Assembly (NCBI GenBank): GCA_021613535.1
Contig: CP075494.1
Coordinates: 14,508,001-14,572,000 of the forward strand
Direction: 5' to 3'
DNA: 64,000 nucleotides
DNA from: Adineta vaga
Lineage: Eukaryota > Animalia > Rotifera
The position numbers and the translations under genes are program-made. Of this stretch, positions 1 to 14,516 are shown piece by piece. The notes under the pieces were generated by a model. That model had not been told where the DNA came from and did no database searches. It worked only from the letters and a program-made list of their open reading frames with translations. Each line of letters begins with the position of its first letter. The first letter of the stretch is position 1.

Positions 1-3000
1 AAGAAAAGGAAAAAAAGGAGGACGACGAGAACAGGAACAAGAAGAGGATGAAGAGTAGTAGACGAAGAGAGTGTGAGAAAGAAAGAAAATCGTTCGGGCG
101 TTGGTATTCAACACAACATTGCCATCAACATCATTCGTTGCAATAGTTGCTTGTTGATGAAATGGGAGTCCGCAGGCATGCTACCCATCCGGCCTAAACC
201 ATCTTTCATGCATTATTTTCTTCTTTTTTTTCTTCTCGTCGGTTCTTCGTATACTAAAGAATATAGGAAAACATTGGTATTTGAATGGGTCAGGCTATAT
301 CTCACTTAGAAAATTAGCAAAATACGAACCGATCAAATGTCAACTCAATTAAAACACATCTATTATATCAATCGAAAGAAAACGAACAGATGATTTATAT
401 GATTGCTGACGAGACATAGTATCTATGTTATCGGGTCAGATGTTGATGTGACTTAGCGAGACAGAAATTGTATATTACATACTTAAAACACATTTATTTG
501 AATAATGCAATCGTAGTCGTTGTCGGCAATGAAATATATATGTATATATATAAATATTATATGTGTATATTTGATGGGTGAAGTGACCGTTAATGACGAC
601 GTTCTTTCTTTTATACTCTCTTGTCCTCTACTCTCTTATTTTGTTATGTCCTTGCACACTGATTGTGTGCGTGTGTATGCATGTGCGCGGAAAGAGAGAG
701 AGAGACAAAGACAGAGCGCGAGCCGAGAGCAGCGAACGGGCGAAGACGAAGTGAGGGGCAAGCAAGCGCGAGCGAGAAAGAGAGTAAAAAGGACAGGACA
801 GCACAAGGATAGAAAGAACGAGAGAAAAAAAATGCATTACAATGAAACGGACGATTATTTGATGTTTTACCGTTGGTCGTTGTTCGAGTGTTAGTTGGTG
901 ATGGTGACGACGTTCTCTTCTTCCTTTCTCGCATTACATTTGTTTCTCTCGCTCTCTTTCTCTTTCTTTTTTGCGTTGCATGCAACATCTGGTTTGTCCA
1001 GCCACATGATGTTGCCTGTTCTTCTTACTAGCACTCGATTTTTTTTCTGCTGTTCTTCTTTTTCTCTTATGAAAAGACCAACGACAGCGACACACAATGT
1101 AACAACAACCTATTTTCCTTCATCATCATCATCATCATCATTGTCGTCAGAGGATTTTCGAGAGCAGTATAACACGTCCATCTCTAACGTGCCATGTGTG
1201 CACTATTAAATATGTACTTTATATCTAGGACGTTCCTATACAAGTTTTTGATATTGTTTTCTGAAAGAATTTTTTTAATGATGCTGTCGCCAATGTCAAA
1301 ATGACCAGCAAAATCATAGCGAAAAAATTGCTTTTGCAATATTCAATTCAAGAGTACCATCGATGATTATTGGGAAAAGAAATGACGAAGAAAAACGCTT
1401 CAACGAACGGACATAATAATAATGATGATGAAAGAGAAATTACCTTCTCCTTCGATTTATTGTTTGATTGGCCTTGTTGCCCGATCTTGTTGGCCTTTTG
1501 TATATGCAACTCGTGCTCTTTTTCTTCTTATTCTCATTCTTTCCTTTTTGCTTCAACCATGCCGATGGTCGATAGTAATGGTGAAGTAATCCATGTAGAT
1601 TAAATCAACATGAGTCGAGCGAGCGAACGAAGGAACGCGTGAGTGAGAGAGAGAGGGAGAGGGAGAAAAAAAAGAAGACTCGACCAACACAAGCGAAGAA
1701 AGATAGAGAGAAAGAGAAATATCAAGACCGAGCAATGTAACTAAGCGCGTGTGCACGACGGGGGACACCTTCTATAGCCTTGCTTTGCATGTCTGTCTCG
1801 GTTTTCTCTTCTTTCTTTTTTTTTTCTTACTTTACCCAATGCCTTTCGGTCTTCGATGACGACGACAACATACACATAACACATCACAGTCGCCCAGTGT
1901 CTTGAACGCAATAAGAGTCTAAGCAGTGGCGGACGAGCGAAACTTTTTTTCTCTCGGTTTTTTCTTTTCATACTGATCTACTCGTCCGACGTTGACACAC
2001 AAATGCGAAGGACAACTCAACAAACACACACACGCATGCATCGGATATAGTGAGAGGATAGAGACAGAAGCAAAGTAATCACGTAATCTACGCCAAATGC
2101 AAGCGCACTCGTGCGGGTATTACACTGAACGCCAATGGCCTTTCACAAGCACAAGAGAGAGAGAAAAATCTAGAGAAATTGAGTAGCAGCCTGTTGGTTT
2201 CGATTACAACTGAATATAAAAAGAGACTGAAGAAGAATGAGAGAGAGAGAGAATATGAGAGTGAACAAATGTCGACTTCATATAGTTATATATAGGTGAA
2301 GTCAAGGACATGATCGTTCTTTTTTGTAATGAACTCTTTCTCCTATATATACTTCAGTATTGACCATCACTTAACATGGTTCAATGTAAAATAAAGAAAT
2401 CAAATATTCTATGTCAGTATGTTTGAACAAGATATGATCTAATATGGACATTGCCCATTAAAATGATTGATCAGAAAGAATAAATCAATATTGAATGACA
2501 TCATCATATATATATGTTTATAATATCAAGAAAAATCGTCGAATAGTGATTCATAAATATATAAAGAATTACCTTAAAAAGCTCATTAAATATTATTATC
2601 GATGAGTTTCAAACGTTCGATCGAAAAGAGAATCTGAAACCTATAGAAAATATATTGTTGAAAATAATAGTAAAGATTTATTCGAAAAGTTTCAGAATGA
2701 TTCAAAATAATGTTGCATTGTATATCCAATATGTACAAGAATAATCGATTGAATGTTGAGTGAGAGATACGCACGCTTACTCTTGAAAACCAATTGAACT
2801 CAGTAGTCTATCCGTAGATACTAAAAATTGACAGATGGTGTCATTTAACAATATGATTGATTAATTCAGTATTGATGATATGAATGAACTTGTTCAACTT
2901 CCTACGTTTTAAAGAAAAGAGATATGATCATTTTGTATTTCTGAATAAATGACAAAGACTTTGATCCGACCACAAGATAAAAGATATTTACAGATAATTT

Positions 3001-3505
3001 TTGGTATATTTAGTCTTTCAAAACTGTAAAAAATGTTCTCTGTCACAATCGATTATTTTTACCATATGAATTACTACAACTCGCAATTACGCATTTGAAT
3101 ACGTCGAGAATCATTCCTTCTTTCGAAAAAAAAAAGAAGTTATTATTAAACTGCTTCATTATTATTACAAAGCACAAGAAATGAATAAGTGCTTTTAATG
3201 ATATCGTTCTATCTATAATGGCAAGTACTTGGAGAACTGCAACTTGTATGCTCTCTTTTTCTTATGACTTTATTTCGTTGTATTTAAATTGATATATAAA
3301 GTCTTATGCATTTGATTAACATCGACTATTTTCGTTGAAAAAAAAAACAATTTCGTTCTTTTCTGTCTATATTGAATTAATATAATATATATATATATAT
3401 ATGTTTATATTTATTTAACACAAAAAATAAGCTATACAACATATTTTCATTCGTTAGAAATGATTCGAAAAAAAAACGGCAATATATGACAAGAATAATC
3501 ATCCA

Positions 3506-5061
3506 TTAAACGGCAGTTGTACGAGGTTCAAATGAACCTGAAGCACGTTTTTTTATTTGATTGAATACTCGTTCAGTGATGTTACCTACACTAGGTAAAT
3601 GTGACATGGATGCATGTAAAGATCGTAGTGTTATTGAACTTGATAAGGGTCGTGATTTTTGTTGATTTAATTCATTTCCAACATGATTAACATGTTCGAA
3701 ATTAATTGGTCCTGAGATATCTGATTTTTTTACTGTTCGAATTTTTGATAAACTTCGACAACGACGTAATTCAAATTCTTGTTGTTCTTGTTCTTTATCT
3801 TGTTTACTTGATATTGTTCGTAAACGTGAATATCGACGTGGAATATCTTTATTTGTTGTTTGTTGTCCATTATGGTTTTCCGCTGGTAATGGTGGTGGAT
3901 TCGCTAAATTCATTCGTCGTTCATATTCTAAGATTTCATAATAATGTCGAAAAAATAATCGACAAGCATCATTACGTTCAAATTTAAATACAGCAAGCAT
4001 ATTAGATTCTGGTAACCAACATGTAATATAATTTTCTTTTGGTAACCGTAGTTCAGCTTGATTTGAAATTACATTTGACCAAACAGCAAAACAACTTTCA
4101 TGTTGAGCAAGCATCAATTGAACTTGTCGTGTTCGTTTCAGATTTGCTCCCTAAATTAAAAGATAGAAGAAAACATTTTGTTTGTTTTTTTTTGAAAAAT
4201 ACAAACGGTATTATAGATCCAGACAGGTACACCAAGTTGTTGACAGGACCAATCTTCAAAATTGGCTAATTGTCGTGTTGTTGTAATGTAAAGACGAGCA
4301 ATTGAACGAGCTGATTTGACTAATGTTCCAACACTTCCATAGAACATTTCAAGACGTTTAACATCAACAATAATTGTATTTTCATCATTTTGTTGTTCAG
4401 TTTCATGTGAAGATATACGCGACGAAAGTTCATTAATACCAACAATTGATGATGATGTTGATGTTGTTCTTGATGAACGATGAGATGATGTACGTTTATC
4501 CGTACTTATTGAAGAATATCGTCGTGGTGCAATAGGTGGTTGACTATTTAAATTAGTAGCTGATGCTATTGGACGTGTGCGATACATGACAGAAGATGTT
4601 GCCATCGGTGGTGGATTGATCGCATGAGATGAGTTTGTTAGTGTTATATCAGGAAGTCTATTATCATAAGAAGTATTATTTAAATGACTGTAGGAACGTT
4701 GATGAAGCATTGGTTTAACAATACCAACTCTTGCGTTGGATTCATAACGTTGTCGAAGATCATTAACATGATATGTTGAAGGACTTTGTGAAATTGAATC
4801 ACAGATAATTGTCGATTTCGGACGATCATAAGTTGATGAATATTTAAATGATGGTTGATAACAATTTATATAATCCGGTGTATGTACTTGTTTCAATTGT
4901 TGTGAATGAGGAAAATAAACTGAAGATGAAAGTACAGCAACAGGTTCATGTGAAGATATTTTAACATTTGTCGGTGTATCGAGTGACCAACAACTATGAT
5001 CAACACGAAATGGACGTGCTGTTCTGTTCGTATAAGGAGTTACACGAGAATTATTATACAT
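3506..5061 (-). CDS. WH1/EVH1-like + CRIB (PBD) domain protein, Cdc42/Rac effector-like; 2 exons (5061-4207, 4150-3506)
   Basis: A 56-nt GTTTGT..TTTAG intron (4206-4151) joins the two ORFs in frame (..GVPVWIYNT|GANLKRTRQVQLMLAQHESCFAVW..). There is a canonical CRIB, KKSDISGPINFEHVNHVG, a Ser/Pro-rich N-terminus and a C-terminal TTAV. Confidence 0.75.
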
Positions 5062-7546
5062 GATACACTTGATAGATCTATAAAATCATAGTACATATGA
5101 ATAAAATTTCTCGTCGGAGTACTTCAAATGTATATAAATGAGAGTTCAACGATGTTGTCCTTTGATGAATTATATATATCTAGAAGCACAAAAAAAGAAG
5201 AAGAAGAGAACACACATACACATATGACACCAACCAAGGTATTATCATAGCAATCTGGTTGCAAGAAAAAGAAAGAGAGAGAGAGAGAGCTTCCTTGACA
5301 ATTCATCGTATACAATAGAAAAAAATGTATATAAAAGAAGATAATAGATTGAACAATAGCAAACTTTAGTCGTCTTTGTATATAAGCATACATATGTAGC
5401 AGATCATTATATAGAAAAGATGTTTATCACCCTTCTATCAAGAATGATTTACTCGATTATGTGACGTTCAGCGACGATTCGAAAGAAAAAAGAAGAATTA
5501 CTTTTTTTTATTAGTATAGCGTAAATAATAACCAGTTTTTGTTCGGTATATATTCGTAGAGCCATCATAACAATTCATCTACGGACTGATGAACATCAAC
5601 ATATCCATTGTGTTTCATTTGTCGTTTGTGCCTATGCAGACACAAAAACACGTTCGTATTCTATCAATTATTATTTAATGATAAATGTTAAACGAAGAAA
5701 TATGAAGAGAAAAAAGAGAGAGTAAAAAAGAAGGAAAGTAAGATGTAGATACTTGTTCATTCAATTAAATCGCTAACAAATATTTGAGTTCTCTAATTTC
5801 TTTCATTGGTTTGGTACTGATTTTTCTCATTTTGATTCTGTTCAGTTACGTAAACTGAGCATTCTTCGCTAACAATAACGTGAACGATTCAAATAAGCGA
5901 ATGATGTAAACGGTAACGTAATAGAAGGATTAACACATACATATTAAAAGTAGATTGAGAATGAATGGTTATCTTAAGAAGAAGAAGAAGACATTGAACA
6001 TTATTGTTTTGTGTTGTTTAATAATATCCTTCAGTTGAAAGTATACATACTCGATTTTTACAAACAAAGAAGAAATTAGCTCTGTTGTCGTCAACTTATT
6101 CTGATCAACCTTGACGCAGCAATGAACTGATAGAGAATACTTGCGTGTATGTCGCCGAGCTATTCGTCATCATTTTCTATCACCTCCCGACCTTGCCTAC
6201 GTCATCTGCATGAGAGTAGAGAATCAAACGACTGAGATTTGTATAAGAACATATGTGCATGTATATAGGATTGGACCGTGAAATATGTTCTTCTTTTTTC
6301 TCTGTATATAGATTTGTTTGCAGTCACCAATAGTGCTGAAGGGCATATGTACACTTTGCCTGTCTTACTTCCATCATCATCATCATCGTCGTCGTCATCT
6401 TTCTTTACCTGTATAATTAGTATGTTCGATCTACTTACTAATACCATCGTTATTCAAAAATGAACAGACAAACTATTATATCGTTCACCTATCGGCAAAA
6501 GAACGTTGCGTCCTTAAAATATACAAGTCGTTTTTAACGGATATCAAGAATTGGAAGAACCGAAAAGTTCTATTTTATAAAACAATCTCTATCATCGTTT
6601 TTTTTCTTCCGGTTTCCTACTGTGTATCATAATAGGAAGAAGAAAAAGAGGTCATGCATGTGGTCAATCAACACAATCTGTAGGGAGAAGGGAAAAGAAA
6701 AGAAAAGAAAAACGTTTTAGGTTTATCGATCATACAAAAGATAAAGAAGAAGCAAATGATAACTATTGATGTTGAACAGAAGAAAAGATTTTTACTTAAT
6801 GAAACGGCATACAAACATTCTTATATAAATGTGCCATGTAATTTTCTTTGCATTGTATGCTACTCGTTCATCAAATAGATATAGCTACAAGTATTGAATA
6901 TTGTCTTTCTGTTGCATGCCGTTAGCAACAGATAATGATAATAATAACTAAAAGGATGTTTACATTCTTTCGCTCATCGACGCATGCTTCATAATAATCA
7001 ATCCAAGAGCAAAAATCAACTTGGCAAAGATAAAAGAAGAAAAGAAAAACTTATAGAGAATTTGTCAAGATTATTATCCTTAAAAAAATGATATTATCAT
7101 TACAAGTGTCTGCACGAAGATATTGATCGTCAAGGTTATGACAGTAGAGTCAATTGGTGCCGACCTAATCAATTTGTTTGACGCCATTTTGGCAATCATA
7201 CAATTAGTTGTCCGTTTAGAATTAACCTTTTTCAATTCTATAGAAATTGCCAAAAGCAATGCACTTTATGATATAACACAGACACTAGAGTTTTTACTTT
7301 TATCTAGAATATTTGCTTTTATTGTCAAATAGAGTAACATACAACAAAACGAAGAACAAGCAGCAGAAGAAGAAGAAGAAAGGAATTACACCTATTAGCA
7401 CTTTGCTGTATGATGCTAGAAGATCAAAGAATAGTAAAAAAACGACTATTTTATGAAAGATTACATCATTGTTAGAGCAATCAAACGCAGAATAAGGAAA
7501 TTTGTTTGAATATAAATACCATTCAAAGAAACTAGAAATACTTTTT

Positions 7547-7549
<3 letters not shown>

Positions 7550-7577
<28 letters not shown>
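7550..7577. repeat. (CT)n microsatellite
   Basis: About 13 consecutive TC units. Confidence 0.9.
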
Positions 7578-7582
<5 letters not shown>

Positions 7583-9245
7583 CTTGCATCAGTTAAGGAA
7601 AAAACTTTGCAATAAGTATATACATATAAACAACCATGTAAGCCCTAGTTGACATTTAATAGTAGTCTATGTTTATTATCATTCGACGTGTTTCTGTTGA
7701 TATGCTTTATAAAATCTACATGAATTCAACCGAATACTTCCATCTATGTCAATAGATAGAAATCTTTTTTCTTGTATGAAAATAAAATAAATCTTTAAAA
7801 GAATGTTCATAACGATTCTTGTTGATTGTGTTAAACAAAGTTTGAGGAGAAGGAGAAAGCAAAAAGGACGAGGATAACGGAATGTTAGATGATCTAACTT
7901 CTTTTTTTCTAAGCCATTAGCACTCCCCCGCACGAACATAGTCCATCTGCCATTCATTCTTGTCTGATATCGTGAGTAATAATTAGAAGAAAGAATCTTC
8001 TAAGCGACCTTTACTGACAATATCAACTATAAATAATAATAATAATAATAATATACAAATTTTATTCACTTCTATCAGTTTCATAGACTATTGTATGATT
8101 AAAAACAAATTATAATCTATCCTATCTTTCGAAATATTACTGCGGCTTTCCTGCTCATACAAGATACTTACCACAATAATAAGAAAAAATGTTTTGGAAA
8201 GATTTAGAAAAGTCTGAGTGGGAAGAGACTTCTTTTGAACCAATCTCGAAATATTTATCGATGTGAAAGTAATTCTAACCTAATCTAGTATGAGATATTA
8301 ATTGCGTCGTCAGATGCTCGATGTTTCTTTTTTTCCATCGACGAGATTGATTGCTGATAGGCGCGATCGTCGTGTTTTATTATGAATTCATATTTCTAAT
8401 CTCAAGGATGATATATTCGAATGACATAAGATCGTTCTACTGGTATGTTGATGAGCTTGACAATATTTCTTATACCAAGAATTTCCCCAATGATTCCTAC
8501 AATCAATAAAAATGAACCTTCGATTATCATTCTAGATAAATAAGTGCATGTATGAATTTTGTCAGACATTTTTCTTTGCAGAACAATATTAACTGGAAAA
8601 ATGTTGTCACTTGTTGTTATACTACACTTATCAACACTATGATATTATCAAAAGCTATTCTGTATGTATTTTTAGGTTACTCATATTACGACAAGACATT
8701 TCATAAAACTTCTGATCGGCCTTCGCGTTAAATGTGTTGTTTGTATATTTAGAAAGCGTTTTGAATGTATTATATGCAAAAAGAAAACGATCTAGTAATT
8801 GAATGTTTGTACATTTCAAGATCGAATGATGAGATGAAGATGAATGTTTACAGTATTAATAATAATCTAATATTGATCACCAGTTTTAGTAATTCACTTT
8901 GTAAATATGGCTAAGAGAAAAACATGCATCTTTTATCATATAGATTGCTTATAGATGTAGTTGTCTGCGTATGCAAATGATGTTCATTTAATCTGATTGT
9001 TCAATTCTCAGATGACGTGACAATTTATTGTTTTGTCAAAGTGTTTAGACATTGAGTTAGTTCTATCGTAAACAAGAATGAATCGTACAGTAAACAACAA
9101 GCGAATAAATAAATACGACGCACATATAATTTCAACGATTTTCATAGAAGTGAGAAATACAAAAAAGAAAAAGAAATTAGAACATTTTCAGTAGAATAAA
9201 TGAGTATTTGAATGGAATAACAAGAGTTCTTCTTTTCCTTTCGAT

Positions 9246-10259
9246 TTAGAGACGACCTAGATCGACAGGTAGATTTGCTAAAGCTTCTTCTTCTGTTGCT
9301 TCATCGAATGTGCCTTTTCGTTTTTTACTACAAAAGAAAAAGGCAAATGATGAACCAAGTAATTGAATAAACACCACCCAAGCCAGTACATAACAAACAG
9401 CAAATGAATGTTTACTATCTCGTGGATAAACTTCCGGTAGTTGTTCACTTGCATGACGAAATATGGTACTTAAAACTTCAATACAAACAAGAAGAGAAGC
9501 CGCTAAAGAACAAATATATAAATATCAACAGAATTCGAATAAATGTTATTTTCGATTTACCAGCTAGAATATAAATCATTCCTGTTAATCGTTTGTATGT
9601 ATAACGATATTCACGAATACTATATAAACCACAAATAAATGCAATAATAACGAGAAGAATATGAATTGCACTGAAAGAAAGCATCGTGCGAACCATTCCT
9701 ATAAACACAGAAGAATTTATATGAATGATTTTTCTATAACGATAAAAAGCAAATCATTCCTACCAACAAGTGTTCTTTCAGCTGATGAAGATGCATTGTA
9801 TACTTGATTTTGATGATAATCACATCGGTTTTCTAAATGAAATAGTATTATAAACCTTGTATCTTTATATCTATTCTTAACAACATATTCTCCATTTGGC
9901 TATATGCAATAGAAACGTGTCAACAACATCTTTTTGGTAACAGCTGAATAATGAAAAACTACTTATCTATACTTACCATACATAGAAACTTTTGTTCGTT
10001 GACCGAGTACGCATTCCCATATTACGCCATACGTTGCACGAACAATATATAGATTGTGTTGGATTGAGTAGAAACCCGTTGGATAGGTAACAATAACCCA
10101 ATAACTTGATGTTAATGCGATTGAAAAAGTAATAAAAGAAAGAACGGTTAAAGCTAGTATAATACGCATTATCTGGAGATTTCGTTGTACAACTGCTGTC
10201 GCAGCCGAGACAGTTGTTACCGTTGTTATCATACTGTTTTTACCCTGACGATTATTCAT
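9246..10259 (-). CDS. Claudin/PMP22-superfamily four-TM protein (invertebrate septate-junction claudin-like); 4 exons
   Basis: The spliced product has TM1 ending in ..ALTSSYW, a first loop with YGVIWEC..C (W..GLW..C..C-like signature), three more hydrophobic helices and a C-tail ending NLPVDLGRL*. GT-AG introns at about 9976-9833, 9763-9699 and 9560-9503. Confidence 0.8.
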
Positions 10260-11200
10260 AATGACACTGATTATTATGGTCACAAAGATATATTCTATGT
10301 TGATTTTGTATATTCAATGAGAATAATAATTATTCAGCTAGAAAGTCTTTTCAACGTTGAAATAGTTATGATAATGTTAGAACATTGACATGGAAAATCT
10401 CGATGTTATTTACATCAAGAAAATATAAAGAACAAAATATGATCTTAAACAAACAAACATGTATTTATTTAATGTTCTGTTTTAACAATAATAATTGAAA
10501 ATAAACACATGAACATACGCTTTACTTTTACCTTTTATAGATGTACAATCGAGCCAAAATTGTCCGTCAATTTCCGACGTACAAATGATGTCGACAATAG
10601 CAATATGTTAGGACATAACTATATAAAAAATATCGGGCTAAGAATGCTTCGCTAGCGTGTTGTCTTCGACCAGTAGAATGTAAAAGGAAAAGAAAGAAGC
10701 AATCATCAGATATGGAGAAAAACTTTTTCTCTCTGTTTCTCTTTTGCTCTCGTTTTCTTCGATTTCCTCTTAGAGAACGACTAACAAGACATACTGAGTA
10801 AAATCACATAGAAAAAGAAAAAGAACACGATAGATGATGATGATGCAAATGCCCAGTATGTTTTAGGGTAGCATAGTTAAGATTAATAATGCGCAAAATG
10901 CTTTTACGAAACCTGATAAATGTTCCCATCTTGCAGCTAATATTTCTGTATTTATGAGCTAAAACAAATCTTGTCAAATACAAAAAACAATATAAAACAA
11001 TTCCAGTTAAATTAGATTGTCCTCTATATGTTCTAATTCCGCTCTCAATTGTCGGAATGATTATTGTCATTTGTTGGAGGCAATCGCTTGTTTACTTGTA
11101 TTAGGTCTTCGACTGCTCAGATATTTCGTTTAATATATTGACAAAACTCGAGCTATTGCGTTGATACTTATGCGTTCACTAAATAAAGATATGTCCTTTT

Positions 11201-11213
11201 TGACCTTTGACTT
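11201..11213. promoter_or_regulatory. Possible DR1 nuclear-receptor element (TGACCT-T-TGACTT)
   Basis: Near-perfect AGGTCA direct repeat with a 1-nt spacer, about 0.95 kb upstream of the claudin-like ATG. Motif match only. Confidence 0.2.
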
Positions 11214-12000
11214 TTTCTCCTTTTCTTAACCTATATAGTTCTTATTAAACTCAACATTCATTATAACTTGTTTTCTATTGAATAGGAAAATCGTCAAATC
11301 GTATTAATAGATTTTTGGTAAGCGTGTTGTCGTTTGAGATGTTGAAATATAGACATATAACATTAACATAACGATAATTGAAATGAGACGCTAGATATTT
11401 GCCACCAGGACATCAATACTTATAGAAATAAAGCAGAAATTCGTATGAAAGACAAAGTTAGTAATCGAATTGTATAAGAAATCTGTTACTACAGCTGTTC
11501 TTTGACCTTCAGAAAAAGTAAAATAAAGTTTTTTTCCCTCAATAATAATATAACTCATACTCTTCTGAAAGTTCAACTATAACGATATTCCTCGATGCGA
11601 AGAATCAATATGGAAATTCTTAATTTAAGTGAAAATCTAATTAATCCTTTCTTTGTATCATTTAAATTTTGTAAAAATAATTTCTTCTAATGAATGTAAT
11701 TGATATTTTGATGACAGATATGAAAGACGAAGGACAGTTCGACAGATACAAAGATCTAAGAACATATCTCTAGAAAATATCATTCAATCTATTCTCTTGA
11801 AGATATTCATCGGTAGAATTGACATGCTTACGAAGACTAAAAAGTTTGATTTATTGATTGATTTATAATATAGGCTTGGAATATGAAATATAATGAAATT
11901 TTAGTGACAATAGATACATTTAATGAGAAAGAAAAAAATATAAAAATGAAATAAAAAGATCAGATCGTCTAAAAGTTTATTTACATACTGGAATAGAGAT

Positions 12001-13498
12001 TCATACTTCCGTATGAACTTCCGTCGTAGAACATGATTTTCGACCCAATAGAAAATATGTACGCATTAATCCTTTGCCTTTAATATCAATTTCACCTCGT
12101 TCTTCGAAAATATATTGTTCAGGATTTTTCAATCGTTTATATGTTTCGATACTTAAATGAATGCGTTCTGGTAAACCAGTCGATTCCATTCGATTGGCAA
12201 CATTCACTGTATCACCAAACATACAATATCGAGGCATTTTTGAACCAATAACAGCAGCACACACAGGTCCTTTCAAAATGAAACTATTGTAAAGCAACAA
12301 TCGATCGAATGAAACAATCAAACACACCTGTATGAATTCCAATACGTAATTTCAGTTCAGCAAATGTACGTGGTACACGAACTTGTTGTTTACCACGAAT
12401 TAAACTTAATGACATGTTAATAATTTCATTTGGATGCTTGAATTAATAGAAAAATTCTGTTCATTATTAAATTATCAGATACATAAACTTACTCTATCAT
12501 CATTTCTTTCGGGTGCTCCTGAAACTACCATATAAGCATCTCCAATTGTTTCAACTTTATACACATCAAAGTTTTCCAAAAGAGAATCAAATATAGAATA
12601 TAATTGATTTAACATATCACAAGTTTCATTAGCTGAACACATACTAAATAGAAACATGTGTTAAGACTAGTTTTTTGCTTTCTTGTTTACTAATTCAAAA
12701 TTCATCACACCTAGCTATATGAGTAAATCCAACAATATCAGAAAAATATACAGTTACTGAATCATAATATTCTGCTGGTGCTTGTCGTCCATTGATTAAA
12801 TCTTTTGCAACACATGGTGGTAAAATTTGATGAAGTAATTTTTGTGTTAAACATTTCTCTTTTTCTAATTCAACAGTTTTAAGTTCCAGTGAACGTGTAT
12901 GACGTCGTGCACGTGTATATAATGTTAATATCGTATAACATAGTAATAGAGTTATACTAATAAATACAATTACTACAATACTTTTAATAATACATATTTT
13001 TGGATACTGGGTACATAATGAAATTTGTTCCATCATGATTTCATTTTGAATTATATTGGATATAATATCATTTAAATAGATAAAATCCAAATAGATCATA
13101 AGAATGAGAAGAAATGCACTGACAATGGTGATAGATAATGTGAAAAGAACATGACGAAGTTCGATACGAAGTGTGGAATGAAAGTTTTCTGATATGAATG
13201 AATCATTGGTAATAGTACTGTCCTGAGAAATACGCGCTCGTCGATGTCGAAATGAACTACGCATCAAATAGAAATGACGAAATAATGGATATGATGTTGA
13301 CGAAGAAGTATTTATTGTATCTCGACGAAATGGTGATTGAAATCGACGAAGACTAGCATTGAATAAACTTGTCTGTCGTCTCCATTTCATATTCTCGTGT
13401 GTATTTGTTTTCTTCATTGATGTTCGTGAAATTGAATTGATTTTCTTTCGATCAATCGATAATGAAGAATCAATACTTTGATAATCTACATAGTTCAT
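12001..13498 (-). CDS. Membrane guanylyl cyclase with two TM helices, no large extracellular or kinase-homology domain; 4 exons
   Basis: Signalling helix ([21 protein letters not shown]) followed by class III cyclase motifs: [50 protein letters not shown]. Glu and Cys at the purine-specificity positions indicate GTP. Two hydrophobic segments precede the helix. Confidence 0.9.
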
Positions 13499-14516
13499 CT
13501 GTAAAATATACTAAGAACTATATGCCGTAATCTGAAGAAAAAAAACGACAAAAAACAATGCAAATAGATATTCTACAAAAAGATTTACATGTCGACTAAT
13601 GATTTGTCTTTTCTTCGATCGATTATATACAAATATCGTTCTTCATTTTTGTCGAATATTCTTTGCACCTCTATATATTAACGATTGTAGCGTACGAATA
13701 ACATCTGTCTATATATATAGCTAAAAATATGTTATCGGTATTTTGCTCATTCATAGATTAAGAATAGGTCATATATATTAAAATAACATCAGATATCTAG
13801 GAATATCTGTCTGGGATGTCGAAATGTAAAAGAAACGGTTTATGTCTATACACATATACAAATAGTTTTTAAGATTTCTTGACTAATTTGTCCTTCGAGA
13901 TAGATATCCATATGAAACAAACAATTTGGGGAAAGTCGATGTCTTTATATCATCAATAAATAGTAAATGATGTGCACAATTGATTGATATCAGACATGAC
14001 TGCCACCTTTTTGAAGGTCATATATTCACTAGAAAGGATTAATTTAACTGTATTTCATGTCTTTAAATTCTTATTTGTATATGACAAACAAACTTGAAAT
14101 GTTTAAAGTCTAATAATATGATAACAATTATCTACATTAAAACATTACGAACGATAAGAACGGAAAAGTGAGAAGAAAAAAAAACGAAGAACTTAGAGGT
14201 CAACATACGAATTAAATAAGTTATTCGAAAATGTGTATCTTACGTGATTCATAGAAGGATGGAAACATGCTACGAAGTAGAAAATCTATTCTTCTTTTCT
14301 GTTATTGTTTTCGTTGTTGATAAGAGAAATAGACATCGTCGTCATATGCTGTGAGGTATAGTGAGCAAAGACATCGTTTACTCAAACAAAATAAATATGA
14401 ATTCAAACGGTTCTTCAAAGGTAATCGAAATAATATTTTAGATAAATTTTTTCTTTTATCAATTAATTTGATTTTAGCCATTGACATTTTCAATTAGTAA
14501 TTATCATTACAATAAA

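Noticed and set aside
73-2774. Numerous 60-124 aa ORFs on both strands
   Set aside because: They are translations of GA/CT/CAT microsatellite-rich DNA, with no domain motifs or consistent splice structure.
6202-6463. Poly-Asp / poly-Ser ORFs
   Set aside because: They derive from a (CAT/CGT)n microsatellite in non-coding DNA.
9885-9945. Possible cassette exon in the first claudin-like intron
   Set aside because: An acceptor is present, but there is an in-frame stop and no good donor.
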